DNA from: an uncultured Gemmatimonadales bacterium
GTDB taxonomy: Bacteria; Gemmatimonadota; Gemmatimonadetes; Longimicrobiales; RSA9
Assembly: GCA_963741945.1 (NCBI GenBank)
Contig: CAVUKA010000006.1
Coordinates: forward strand, 128,001-192,000
Direction: 5' to 3'
DNA: 64,000 nt
Under the pieces are notes generated by a model that was given only the letters and a program-made list of their open reading frames with translations, was not told where the DNA came from and searched no databases. This document shows, one piece after another, positions 53,218 to 62,376 of the stretch; within the stretch, counting starts at the first letter, position 1; each line of letters starts with the position of its first letter. The position numbers and the translations under genes were made by a program.

Positions 53218-54987
53218 ATGAGCGAGCGGGCAAGGAAGCCGCCGGGCCCGGCAGCGGACGCCGAGGGCCTCATCTCCGGCAATCGGTATCGCCGGATGCT
53301 GCTCACGGCCGTCCTGGCCATATCGGCGGTGGCGCTTCTACCGCTGGGCCTCATGTCCTGGGTCAGCTACCGCCAGTACCGGGAAGCGTTCCGGGCGGAG
53401 CTGACGCGGCCGATGCTGCGCTTCGCCGAAGCGGGGCAGCATTCCATGGAATCGTACCTGGCGGACCGGCTGTCCGCGCTGGCCGGCGTGGGCCGCACGA
53501 GCAGCTACGACCAGCTCACGGCCCCGGCGCGGCTGGACTCGGTGCTGGCGGCGATGAACCAGCGTTTCGGCGGTGTCGTGGACCTGGGCGTGATCCGTGA
53601 CGATGGCACCCAGGTGGCCTACGCCGGCCCCTACGGCCTCACCGGTCGCGACTACAGCCAGCAGAAGTGGTTCCGGGAAGTGGCGACCGCCGGATCGTAC
53701 GTGAGCGACGTCTTCCTCGGCTACCGGAACCTGCCCCACATCGTCGTCGCCATCCAGGGCGACCGGGGCGGCGGCGGGTGGTATGCGCTCCGCGCCACCA
53801 TCGATACGGACGTGCTGCACTGGCTGGTGCGGGACCGGGGCAGCCGTCGCCCGGAGCAGGGCTCGGTGTGCAACCGGTGCCACTCCCTGGGCGTGCCGCC
53901 GTTCAGCGATGCGTTCATCATCAATGGCCAGGGCGTGCTCCAGACGCCGTCCCGCCGGTACGGCGCGGTGCTGGACACCGCGCTGCTGCCGCCGCTGCCG
54001 CCGGCGCCGGATCCACGCTTCGCCTCGTTCACGGACGGGACCGGCGAGCCGGTGGTGGCCGCATACGCCGGCATCGCCCGGTCGCCGTTCACGCTGGTGC
54101 TGCTCAGTCCGCTGGACGCCTTCCACGCCGGCTGGCGCTCGCTCCGCCGCGAGCTGGTGATCATCCCGCTGGTGAGCGGTCTGGTCATTCTGCTGGTGAT
54201 CATCTTCGGTGCGGTCTGGGCGGTGCGCTCGGCACGGGAGACGGACCGGAAGCGGGCTGCGCTGTTCCACGAGATGGAGTACACGAACAAGCTGGCGGCC
54301 ATCGGGCGGCTGGCCGCGGGCGTGGCGCACGAGATCAACAATCCGCTCGCCATCATCTCACAGAAGGCGGGGCTCCTGCACGACCTCCTGACCATGTCGG
54401 AGGAGCCGCCGCCCCGGGAGAAGTCGCTGGATCTCGTGGAGAGCGTGCTTCGCTCGGCCGAGCGCTGCGGCGGGATCACGCACCGGCTGCTGGGCTTCGC
54501 CAAGCACATGGACGTGCAGCACGAGCCCATCAGCCTGGAGGCCCTCCTCCGGGAGGTCCTCAGCTTCCTGGAGAAGGAGGCGGAGCACCGGAACCTGCGG
54601 GTCTCGCTGAACGAGGCGGAGGACACGCCGGCCATCGTAAGCGACCGGGGCCAGCTGCAGCAGGTCTTCCTGAACATCATCAACAACGCGTTCGCGGCCG
54701 TGGCGGACGGAGGGCGGATCGGGATCGACATCCGCCCGGCCGGTGAGGGGCGGGTGGCGGTGAGCGTGTCGGACGACGGGGTCGGGATCCCGGAATCCAA
54801 CCTGGAGCACATTTTCGACCCGTTCTTCACCACGAAGCAGGGGGCCGGGACCGGGCTGGGGCTGTCGATCACCTACGGAATCGTGGAGAAGCTGGGCGGC
54901 GAGATCGGGGTGCGGAGCAAGGTGGGCGAGGGCACGACCTTCACCGTCACGCTCCCCATCGAGCCGCCGGGGGTGAGGAGCCGGTGA
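53218..54987 (+). CDS. Membrane sensor histidine kinase with Cache-like periplasmic domain carrying a CxxCH motif
   Basis: TM, VDLGVI..YAGPY..WF..VSDVFLGYR, CNRCH, DAFIIN; VAHEINNP, NIINNA, DDGVGI, PFFTTK, GTGLGL. Confidence 0.92.
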   Translation: MSERARKPPGPAADAEGLISGNRYRRMLLTAVLAISAVALLPLGLMSWVSYRQYREAFRAELTRPMLRFAEAGQHSMESYLADRLSALAGVGRTSSYDQLTAPARLDSVLAAMNQRFGGVVDLGVIRDDGTQVAYAGPYGLTGRDYSQQKWFREVATAGSYVSDVFLGYRNLPHIVVAIQGDRGGGGWYALRATIDTDVLHWLVRDRGSRRPEQGSVCNRCHSLGVPPFSDAFIINGQGVLQTPSRRYGAVLDTALLPPLPPAPDPRFASFTDGTGEPVVAAYAGIARSPFTLVLLSPLDAFHAGWRSLRRELVIIPLVSGLVILLVIIFGAVWAVRSARETDRKRAALFHEMEYTNKLAAIGRLAAGVAHEINNPLAIISQKAGLLHDLLTMSEEPPPREKSLDLVESVLRSAERCGGITHRLLGFAKHMDVQHEPISLEALLREVLSFLEKEAEHRNLRVSLNEAEDTPAIVSDRGQLQQVFLNIINNAFAAVADGGRIGIDIRPAGEGRVAVSVSDDGVGIPESNLEHIFDPFFTTKQGAGTGLGLSITYGIVEKLGGEIGVRSKVGEGTTFTVTLPIEPPGVRSR

Positions 54988-55364
54988 TGGAGCCGATACG
55001 CGTGCTGATCGTGGACGACGAGGAGGAGCTGGTGAGCGCCCTGCGCGAGCGCCTGGAGCTGCGCGGATTCGTCGTCCGCGGGGAGACGAGCGGTGAGGCG
55101 GCGCTGGCCGCGCTGGAGGAGACGCCGTGGGACGTCCTGCTGGCCGACATCCGAATGCCGGGCATCGGCGGGTTCGAGCTGACGCGGTGCGCGAAGGAGC
55201 AGCACCCGTCCACGGCCGTGGTGCTGCTCACGGGCCGGAGCGCGGCCGGGGATGCCGAGCAGGGGCTGGCGCTGGGCGCCCGTGACTGTCTGGTGAAGCC
55301 GGTGGCGATCGAGGAGCTGACCCGGGTCCTCCGGGCGGCCGCTGAACGGGAGAGCGAGACGTGA
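54987..55364 (+). CDS. Single-domain response regulator
   Basis: VLIVDDEE, DVLLADIRMP, LLTG, LVKPV. Confidence 0.9.
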   Translation: MEPIRVLIVDDEEELVSALRERLELRGFVVRGETSGEAALAALEETPWDVLLADIRMPGIGGFELTRCAKEQHPSTAVVLLTGRSAAGDAEQGLALGARDCLVKPVAIEELTRVLRAAAERESET

Positions 55365-55792
55365 ACACGACCACTGTGCTGCTGGTGGACGACGAGGAGG
55401 ACTTCGTCGCCGTCCTGGCGGAGCGGCTGCAGAACCGGGGGATGACGGTGGACACGGCGCCGGACGGTATGACGGCGCTGGAGAAGGCCGCCGCCCGGGC
55501 ATACGACGCCGTGCTGCTGGACATGGCCATGCCGGGGCTGGACGGGGTGGAGACACTGAAGCGGTTGCGGGAGATCAACCCGGACGTGCAGGTCATCGTG
55601 CTGACCGGGAAGGCCACGCTGGCGCAGGGCGTGGAGTCCATCAAGGCCGGCGCGCTCGACCTCGTGGAGAAGCCCGCGTCCATCACCACCCTGGTGGAGC
55701 GAATCGACGAGGCGGCGCGGCAGCGTGCCCGCCTGCAGGACGAGCGGATGCAGCGCCGGATCACGGAGATAACGAGGAAGAAGGGGTGGTGA
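55361..55792 (+). CDS. Single-domain response regulator
   Basis: VLLVDDEE, DAVLLDMAMP, VLTG, VEKP. Confidence 0.9.
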   Translation: MNTTTVLLVDDEEDFVAVLAERLQNRGMTVDTAPDGMTALEKAAARAYDAVLLDMAMPGLDGVETLKRLREINPDVQVIVLTGKATLAQGVESIKAGALDLVEKPASITTLVERIDEAARQRARLQDERMQRRITEITRKKGW

Positions 55793-55795
55793 GCC

Positions 55796-57379
55796 ATGAG
55801 CGATCCGGTGATGGCCTCGACCGTATCGGAGACCGCGGCGCCGGTCGTTGAAGTACCGGTCACCCCCGGGCGGGCCTCACCCGCAGCCCGCGGCGGGGCA
55901 CCCCCTCCCCCCGCCCCGGAGGTCCTCGCGCCGGCCGGCGGCCGCTTCGACTGGAAACGCGTCGGCTTCATCCTTCTGGGCGCTGCGCTCTTCGCCGCCG
56001 TCTACCTGGCCCCGACCCCCGGCCCCGCCATCGACCCGCGGGGCCAGGCGTTCCCGCTCCCGCCCGAGGGGAAGGCGGCGCTGGCGCTGTTCCTCTTCGC
56101 GGCCACCTGGTGGATCGCGGAGGTGGTCCCCATCGGCGTGACCAGCATCGCCATCGGCGTGCTCCAGGCGCTCTTCCTCATCCGGCCGGCGCGCACCGCG
56201 TTCACCGACTTCATGGACCCGTCGGTGTGGTTCATCTTCGGCTCGCTGGCGTTCGGGATGGTGTTCACCAAGACGGGACTCACCCGGCGGCTCGCGTATC
56301 GCATGCTGTCACTCGTGGGTGAGCGCACGAGCATGATCTACCTGGGCTGCTTCGCCATGACGTCGCTGCTCACGCTCATCATGGCCCACACTGCCGTGGC
56401 CGCCACGGTCTTCCCCCTCCTGGTGGCCATCTACGCGCTCTACACCGACGAGACCGCGCCCACCCGGTTCGGGAAGGGGCTGTTCATGGGGATGGCCTTC
56501 GTGGCCGGCGCGGGGAGCATCATGACGCTGCTCGGCGCCGCCCGGGGCGCCGTCGCCATCGGCTTCTACAACGACATCGCCGGCGGCAACATCGGCTTCT
56601 TCCAGCTCAGCTACTACATGGTCCCCGTCGGGCTCACCATGACGCTGCTGCTGTGGGGCTACTTCATGCTGTACTACACCCCCGAGCGAAAGACCATCCC
56701 CGGGCTGCGCGAGCGGGCCCGGGAGCTGTATCGGGACCTCGGCCCGATGACGCGCAACGAGATCCTGGCGCTCGTGCTCGTCCTCGGCGCCATCCTGATC
56801 CTCAGCCTGCGCAACTTCGTTCCCCTCCTCGCCCCCGTGGACAAGAGCGCCATCATCCTCACCGCCACGGTGCTGTTCTTCGCGCTCCGCATCGTGAACG
56901 TCGAGGACCTGGAAGGGACGTCGTGGAACATCGTGCTGCTCTTCGGCGGCGCCATGAGCCTGGGCTTCTGCCTGTGGCAGACGGGCGCGGCGGCGTGGCT
57001 GGCCATCCACTGGCTCAGCCTCTTCACCGAAGCGCACTGGATGATCTTCGTGCTCGGGATCGCGTTCTTCGTCCTCATCATGACGAACTTCATCATGAAC
57101 GTGGCCGCCATCGCCATCACCATGCCCGTGGCCCTGGTCATGGCCCCGTACCTGAACGTGTCGCTGGAGGTGGTGCTGTTCGCGTCGCTGGTCACCGCGG
57201 GCATGCCCTTCCTCCTGCTCATCGGCGCCGCCCCCAACGCCATCGCCTACACCAGCAACCAGTTCACGACCAAGGAGTTCTTCATGGCCGGCGTCCCGGC
57301 CAGCCTGATGCTCATGGCCGTGCTCGCGCTGTTCGTGTGGATCATCTGGCCGGCCATGGGGATGCCGGTGCTGGGGTGA
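55796..57379 (+). CDS. SLC13/DASS family anion permease
   Basis: WWIAEVVPIG, FTKTGLTRR, MAHTAVAA, TLLGAARG, WNIVLLFGG, TNFIMNVAA, GAAPNAIAY. Confidence 0.9.
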   Translation: MSDPVMASTVSETAAPVVEVPVTPGRASPAARGGAPPPPAPEVLAPAGGRFDWKRVGFILLGAALFAAVYLAPTPGPAIDPRGQAFPLPPEGKAALALFLFAATWWIAEVVPIGVTSIAIGVLQALFLIRPARTAFTDFMDPSVWFIFGSLAFGMVFTKTGLTRRLAYRMLSLVGERTSMIYLGCFAMTSLLTLIMAHTAVAATVFPLLVAIYALYTDETAPTRFGKGLFMGMAFVAGAGSIMTLLGAARGAVAIGFYNDIAGGNIGFFQLSYYMVPVGLTMTLLLWGYFMLYYTPERKTIPGLRERARELYRDLGPMTRNEILALVLVLGAILILSLRNFVPLLAPVDKSAIILTATVLFFALRIVNVEDLEGTSWNIVLLFGGAMSLGFCLWQTGAAAWLAIHWLSLFTEAHWMIFVLGIAFFVLIMTNFIMNVAAIAITMPVALVMAPYLNVSLEVVLFASLVTAGMPFLLLIGAAPNAIAYTSNQFTTKEFFMAGVPASLMLMAVLALFVWIIWPAMGMPVLG

Positions 57380-57394
57380 GCCGGCTGCGGCGGG

Positions 57395-58309
57395 CTACCT
57401 TTCGCGTACGGCGAAGCGGGCGGCGATGCTGGTGAGGAGCACCACGGCGATGAGCACCAGCGCGGCCGCCCAGGCCTGGCGGTGCCAGTCGTCGTATGGC
57501 GAGATGGCGTAGTTGAAGATCTGGAGTGGCAGCGCGGCCATGGGGTGGCCGGGATTCAGTGTCCAGAAATTGTTGCCGAGGGTGGTGAAGAGGAGTGGCG
57601 CGGTCTCGCCGGCGATGCGGGCGAGCGCGACGAGCACGCCGGTCACGATCCCCCTGCGCGCGGCGGGGAGGATGATGCTGAGCGTGGTGCGCCAGCGGCT
57701 GGCGCCGAGGGCGAGGCCGCCCTCGCGCAGCTCGGAGGGGACGAGGCGCACCATCTCCTCGGTGGTCCTGGTCACCATGGGGATCAGCATGATGGCGAGG
57801 GCCACACTGCCGGCGAACGCGGAGAAGTGGCCCATGGCCACCACGATCCACGCCCAGACGAAGATCCCCACAACGATGGAGGGGATCCCGTTCATCACGT
57901 CGGCAATGAAGCGCACGACCATGGCCACCCGGCTGCGGTCGCGCTCCGCGAGGTAGACGCCCGCGCCCACGGCGATGGGGATTCCCATGGCTGCGGCGAC
58001 CGCCACGATCAGGAAGGTGCCCGCGAGCCCGTTGGCCATGCCCCCGCCCGTCTCCCCCGGCGGCGCGGGCATGTGGGTGAAGAAGTCCACGCCGAGCGAG
58101 GTCAGCCCTGCCTCGAGCAGGTGCCAGAGAATGAGCACGAGGGGCACGACTGTCGCCACGGCGGCGACACCGGTCAGCGTGAGCATGATGGCGTTCACCA
58201 GCTTGCGACGCCGGTCCCGCCACGTGGGCGGGCGTCCCCATGCCGAGTGCGCCCGGGCGCCCGCGGCCTGGCCGCCGCCTCCCGCACCCACGCCACTGCC
58301 GCGGTTCAC
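57395..58309 (-). CDS. pstA: Phosphate ABC transporter permease PstA
   Basis: NGIPSIVVGIF, LREGGLALGA, LARIAGETAPLLFT, QAWAAALVL. Confidence 0.95.
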   Translation of the reverse strand: MNRGSGVGAGGGGQAAGARAHSAWGRPPTWRDRRRKLVNAIMLTLTGVAAVATVVPLVLILWHLLEAGLTSLGVDFFTHMPAPPGETGGGMANGLAGTFLIVAVAAAMGIPIAVGAGVYLAERDRSRVAMVVRFIADVMNGIPSIVVGIFVWAWIVVAMGHFSAFAGSVALAIMLIPMVTRTTEEMVRLVPSELREGGLALGASRWRTTLSIILPAARRGIVTGVLVALARIAGETAPLLFTTLGNNFWTLNPGHPMAALPLQIFNYAISPYDDWHRQAWAAALVLIAVVLLTSIAARFAVRER

Positions 58310-59304
58310 GCCTGCCCCCGGGCGATGCGCCAGACCAGGGCCCGCGCCAGCGCGTTCACCACGATGGTCACGCCGAGCAGGACCAGCCCGATCTCCATGA
58401 GCGCGGACAGGTAGAGATCACTCGATGCCTCGGTGAACTCGTTCGCCAGCACGCTGGCCATGGTATAGCCGGGGTGAAAGATCGAGGACGGGATCTCGGG
58501 GCGGTTCCCGATCACCATCGTCACGGCCATGGTTTCGCCCAGGGCACGGCCGAGCCCGAGCATGATGGCGCCGAAGATCCCGGGGAGTGCCGCCGGGACC
58601 ACGGCCCCTCGCACGGTCTCCCACTTCGTCGCGCCGAGCGCGAGCGCCGCTTCGCGCTGCTCCCTGGGCACAGCCGCGATCACTTCCCGCGAGACGGCGG
58701 AGATGAAGGGGACGATCATGATGGCCAGGATCACGCCGGCGGCGAAGATGCTGACGCCGTACGCGGGGCCTGCCAGGAAGTCGAGGCGGTCGCCGAACGT
58801 GTGGGCCAGCGGCTCCTCGATGGCCTTTCTCAGCCACGGCACCAGGACGAATATGCCCCAGAGCCCGTAGACGACGCTGGGGATGGCGGCGAGCAGGTCG
58901 GTGGCGAACGCCACGGGCGCGGCCAGCCATCGGGGCGAGAGCTCGGTCAGGAAGAGCGCGAGGCCGAGCGCGAAGGGGACCGCCACCGCAACCGCAATGA
59001 CCGAGGACACGACCGTGCCGAAGATGAACGGGAGCGCCCCGAACTTCCCGGCCACCGGATCCCATTCCGAGCTGGTGACGAACGCGGCGCCGAACGCTTT
59101 CATGGCCGGCCACGCCGACACGCCCACGCGGTAGAGAATGAACGCGAAAAGGACCGGGAGGACGAGACCCAGGATGAGGAGGCTGACGTCGTAGACACGG
59201 TCCGGGGCGTGGCCGTGCCGCAGTCGCCGCCGGATCCTGCCCGCGATGGCGCGGAGCCCCCGGCCAGGGGCCTCCGCGCCATCGCCACCGGGCGACGGTG
59301 TCAC
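58306..59304 (-). CDS. pstC: Phosphate ABC transporter permease PstC
   Basis: WDPV..FGALPFIFGT, LLAAIPSVVYGLWG, LGLGRALGETMAVTMVIGN, LANEFTEA. Confidence 0.95.
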   Translation of the reverse strand: MTPSPGGDGAEAPGRGLRAIAGRIRRRLRHGHAPDRVYDVSLLILGLVLPVLFAFILYRVGVSAWPAMKAFGAAFVTSSEWDPVAGKFGALPFIFGTVVSSVIAVAVAVPFALGLALFLTELSPRWLAAPVAFATDLLAAIPSVVYGLWGIFVLVPWLRKAIEEPLAHTFGDRLDFLAGPAYGVSIFAAGVILAIMIVPFISAVSREVIAAVPREQREAALALGATKWETVRGAVVPAALPGIFGAIMLGLGRALGETMAVTMVIGNRPEIPSSIFHPGYTMASVLANEFTEASSDLYLSALMEIGLVLLGVTIVVNALARALVWRIARGQA

Positions 59305-59346
59305 CGCCGCTCCCGGATCCGTCGGGAGCCGGTCCGAGCCGTCACG

Positions 59347-60495
59347 TCAGCCGGCGGTCGAGTCTGTGCTCGTGGCCGGGCCGCCCATCTCTGCGGCGGT
59401 CACCGGCTGGTTGTTGGGACCGCAGGTGACCGAGTTCAGCTTCTCGAGCACACGGCCCTGGACATTGTCCGGGAGCGGAGCGTAGTCGAGGTTCCGGGCC
59501 GCCTGGTCGCCGTTCTGAAGCGCCCACGCGAAGACGTTCACCAGCGCACTGGCTTTGCGGCAGTCGTCGATGTGCTGGTGCACCAGGACGTAGGACCACG
59601 AGGCCAGCGGGTAGGCCTGCTCACCGGGCGCGTTCACGATGGACAGCTTGAAGTCGGGATGTGCCTCCAGCTGCTGGTCCAGCGCTGCGGCCGCGGCCGC
59701 GGTGCTCTCCACGGACGGCTGCACGAAGTTCCCCTCGCTGTTCTTCAGCTGCGCCGTCGGCAGGTCGTTCTGGGTCGCGTACGCCAGCTCGATGTAGCCG
59801 ATGGCGCCCTCGGTCTGCTTGACCTGGCCGGCCACTCCCTCGTTCCCTTTCGCGCCCAGCCCCGTGGGCCAGGAGAGCGATTTGCCCACTCCGGGGCCGC
59901 TCTTCCACGCGTCGCTCACGGCCGCCAGGTAGTCGCTGAAGATGTAGGTGGTGCCGCTCCCGTCGGAGCGGTGGACCACGAGGATGTCCTCGTCCGGCAG
60001 GCTGACGCCCGGGTTCATCTGCTGGATCGCCGGCGCGTTCCACCGGGTGATGCTGCCCAGGAAGATCTCCGCCAGCACCGGGCCGCTCAGCTTGAGCGGC
60101 TGCTGCACCGATGGCAGGTTGAACGTCACCGTTACCGCGCCCAGGATCACCGGGAGGTTCATCGCCTCCGGAATCTTCGCCTGCTCCTCGTCGCTCAGCG
60201 GCGCGTCCGTGGCGCCGAAGTCCACCGTCCCCTCCGTGAACTGGCGGATCCCGCCGCCCGAGCCGATGGCCTGGTAGTTCACCCGGACGTCATGGCCCTT
60301 GCCGTAATCCGCGAACCAGCGGGAGAAGATCGGATAATCGAAGCTGGAGCCGGCGCCCGTGAGCGTGACGGCCCCGCCGCCGCCGGCCGCGGACCCGCTC
60401 ATCTCCCCTGGCGTCGCCCCGCCCTGGTCCCCGCCGCAGGCCGCGAGCGTCGCCGCCGCCATCAGCACCAGGACCATCTTCCTCGTGTCGAACAT
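59347..60495 (-). CDS. pstS: Phosphate-binding lipoprotein PstS
   Basis: Lipobox LAAC; TGAGSSF, NYQAIGSGGG, VDFGATD, HRSDGSGTT, KGNEGVA. Confidence 0.95.
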   Translation of the reverse strand: MFDTRKMVLVLMAAATLAACGGDQGGATPGEMSGSAAGGGGAVTLTGAGSSFDYPIFSRWFADYGKGHDVRVNYQAIGSGGGIRQFTEGTVDFGATDAPLSDEEQAKIPEAMNLPVILGAVTVTFNLPSVQQPLKLSGPVLAEIFLGSITRWNAPAIQQMNPGVSLPDEDILVVHRSDGSGTTYIFSDYLAAVSDAWKSGPGVGKSLSWPTGLGAKGNEGVAGQVKQTEGAIGYIELAYATQNDLPTAQLKNSEGNFVQPSVESTAAAAAALDQQLEAHPDFKLSIVNAPGEQAYPLASWSYVLVHQHIDDCRKASALVNVFAWALQNGDQAARNLDYAPLPDNVQGRVLEKLNSVTCGPNNQPVTAAEMGGPATSTDSTAG

Positions 60496-60584
60496 TGGTT
60501 GCCTTTCTCTCGTGTCCCGACTGTTCCGCCCGGAATGCGCCGGCATGATCCGCCCGTCCTGGGCGTGCATCGTCCGGGCCCTCC

Positions 60585-61607
60585 TCAGAACGTGAACTCC
60601 ACCTGGAACAGCGCGCGGGAGCGGAACGCCTCGATCTCGGGGTCCAGGATGTCGCTCTGGTAGAGCCCGTGGTCCACGTCCGCCAGCAGGAGCACGTTCG
60701 GGGAAAGCTGGTACGACACGCCCCCGACCAGGACCGTGTGCCCGTCGTCCCGCGCGTCCGTGTTCGGGTCGACCACGTCCACGCGACCGATCACCTGGAA
60801 CGGTGAGCGGGGCAAGCGAAGGACGCCGAGCGCGCTCATCACCGTGCCGTTCACGATATCGGCATCGCCAGGGGCGTCGCGCGTGACCGCGTATTCCCCC
60901 GCCATCGTGAGCGCGCTGGATCGATACGAGAGCATGCCCGCGAACCGGTCCCGCGCACCGCCGCCGGTGTAGGCGCCCAGCTGGCCGTATCCCGTCAGGC
61001 GCAGACCGCCCACACGGCTGGCGTCATCCGTGCCCATCAGCCTGTACGACGCCCGGGCCTCGAAGTCCTTCCGGCGGTCACCGGGCGTGCCGTGGTACCC
61101 CTCCCCGTTCACCACCACCGCCTGCATGTTGAATTTCTCGCCGCCCCACGAACCGTCCACGCCGAATCCCAGGTCCGAAGAGGTGATGTAGCCGGCCCTC
61201 TCAATGGCCATCGGGCTCTGAAGGCGATAGCCCCAGAGCGCCTCGACCCAGTCCAGCCATGGCGTGTGGATCTGGCCGAACTTCAGCGTCACCGGACTCG
61301 ATTCCGGGGTCCAGGTGACGTACGCATACTTCAGCCGGAGATCCAGGGAACCGTTCGCCGCCCGATAGATGTCGGTGGTGACGCGCGTCCCGATGCCATG
61401 GTCGAACGATCCCCGGAGGTTCACGTACGCCCGCGTGATGTCGAAGTTGTTGCCGCGTCCGATCGTGTCGGAGATCTGGTAGGAGTACTGGGCGTACACG
61501 AGCCCGCCCACCTTCAGCGTCGGGCCCTGTGCTGTCGCGCCTCCGGCGGCCATGGCCATCCCGAGCGTGGCCAGCGCCACACCGGCGGTCCATCCATGCA
61601 GCCTCAT
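60585..61607 (-). CDS. Putative phosphate-associated outer-membrane porin
   Basis: Signal peptide, beta-strand pattern (FDITRAYVN, RLKYAYV), C-terminal FQVEFTF; first gene of pst operon. Confidence 0.7.
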   Translation of the reverse strand: MRLHGWTAGVALATLGMAMAAGGATAQGPTLKVGGLVYAQYSYQISDTIGRGNNFDITRAYVNLRGSFDHGIGTRVTTDIYRAANGSLDLRLKYAYVTWTPESSPVTLKFGQIHTPWLDWVEALWGYRLQSPMAIERAGYITSSDLGFGVDGSWGGEKFNMQAVVVNGEGYHGTPGDRRKDFEARASYRLMGTDDASRVGGLRLTGYGQLGAYTGGGARDRFAGMLSYRSSALTMAGEYAVTRDAPGDADIVNGTVMSALGVLRLPRSPFQVIGRVDVVDPNTDARDDGHTVLVGGVSYQLSPNVLLLADVDHGLYQSDILDPEIEAFRSRALFQVEFTF

Positions 61608-61672
61608 GCATCGTCCCCTGAGGAGGTGTGCTCACGTTTCCCGTGTAACGTGGCCTCCAGGGGTCAGCGAGC

Positions 61673-61700
61673 CGTCACGCCGGTGTAACGGTGATGTAAC
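61673..61700 (-). promoter_or_regulatory. Candidate Pho-box-like direct repeats
   Basis: Minus strand GTTACA-N5-GTTACA-N5-GTGACG (11-bp period), extra GTTACA at 61649-61644, upstream of porin-pstSCA. Confidence 0.55.
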
Positions 61701-62376
61701 CCGCGGCGAGGTCGGCCACAGAGACCCGCTCGATGTGGCCGCCCTCGTAGAAATCGAACATGCCGGGGTCATGGAACAGGGAAGGGTTCGCGGCGACCAC
61801 GTCAGCGCGGCCGACGGACAGGAGCGCCTGGACGGCCGGCCCGCGCACGCCGGCATCGGGGTAGCGTGCGGCGGCGACGAGGGCGGGCATGATCGAATCC
61901 GCCTCTGTCCGGGCCAGCGGACCGAGGCGGGCGATGGCCCGGAGCACCGATGGGCGGAAATGCCGCAGGTCCTCCTCGGCGAGCTCGACGAGGAAATGGA
62001 CGATGATCGGGATGTAGGCGCGGAGCTCTCCGGGCCTGCGCACCACGACTTCGGCCATGGCTTCCGGCGCGCGCCAGCAGATGCCGCCGGACTCTTCGGT
62101 CATGAGCCAGTTGAGGCGCCGGACGATCTCGCGGGCGGCGGCGGCGCCTCCCGTCTCGGCGGCGCGGTCAGCGGCGAGGCCGAGGGCGTCGATGGCGCGC
62201 CAGCTGATGATCGGATCGGCATCGTAGGTGAGCGCGATGAGGAGGCCGAGGACCCGGCGCCGCTCGGCTGCCCGGGCCGCTATCTCATCGAGGGCGCCCT
62301 CGGCGAGGAGGGCGCGCAGCGCGGGGCGGGAGAAGCGGGAGCTGGGCGGGCGCCCTGCGTCCTTCCTGTCAGTCAT
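61675..62376 (-). CDS. HEAT-repeat protein, DVU0298-like family
   Basis: RRLNWLMTEESGGICWRAPEAMAE motif, LTYD..WRAIDALG. Confidence 0.65.
   Translation of the reverse strand: MTDRKDAGRPPSSRFSRPALRALLAEGALDEIAARAAERRRVLGLLIALTYDADPIISWRAIDALGLAADRAAETGGAAAAREIVRRLNWLMTEESGGICWRAPEAMAEVVVRRPGELRAYIPIIVHFLVELAEEDLRHFRPSVLRAIARLGPLARTEADSIMPALVAAARYPDAGVRGPAVQALLSVGRADVVAANPSLFHDPGMFDFYEGGHIERVSVADLAAGYITVTPA

Noticed and set aside
539-60663. Many long antisense or alternative-frame ORFs (e.g. 539-2944 -, 10374-13049 +, 26233-28854 -, 49109-51256 -, 58240-60663 +)
   Set aside because: They shadow well-supported genes, show low-complexity Arg/Gly/Ala/His-rich composition and lack motifs; expected at this GC content.
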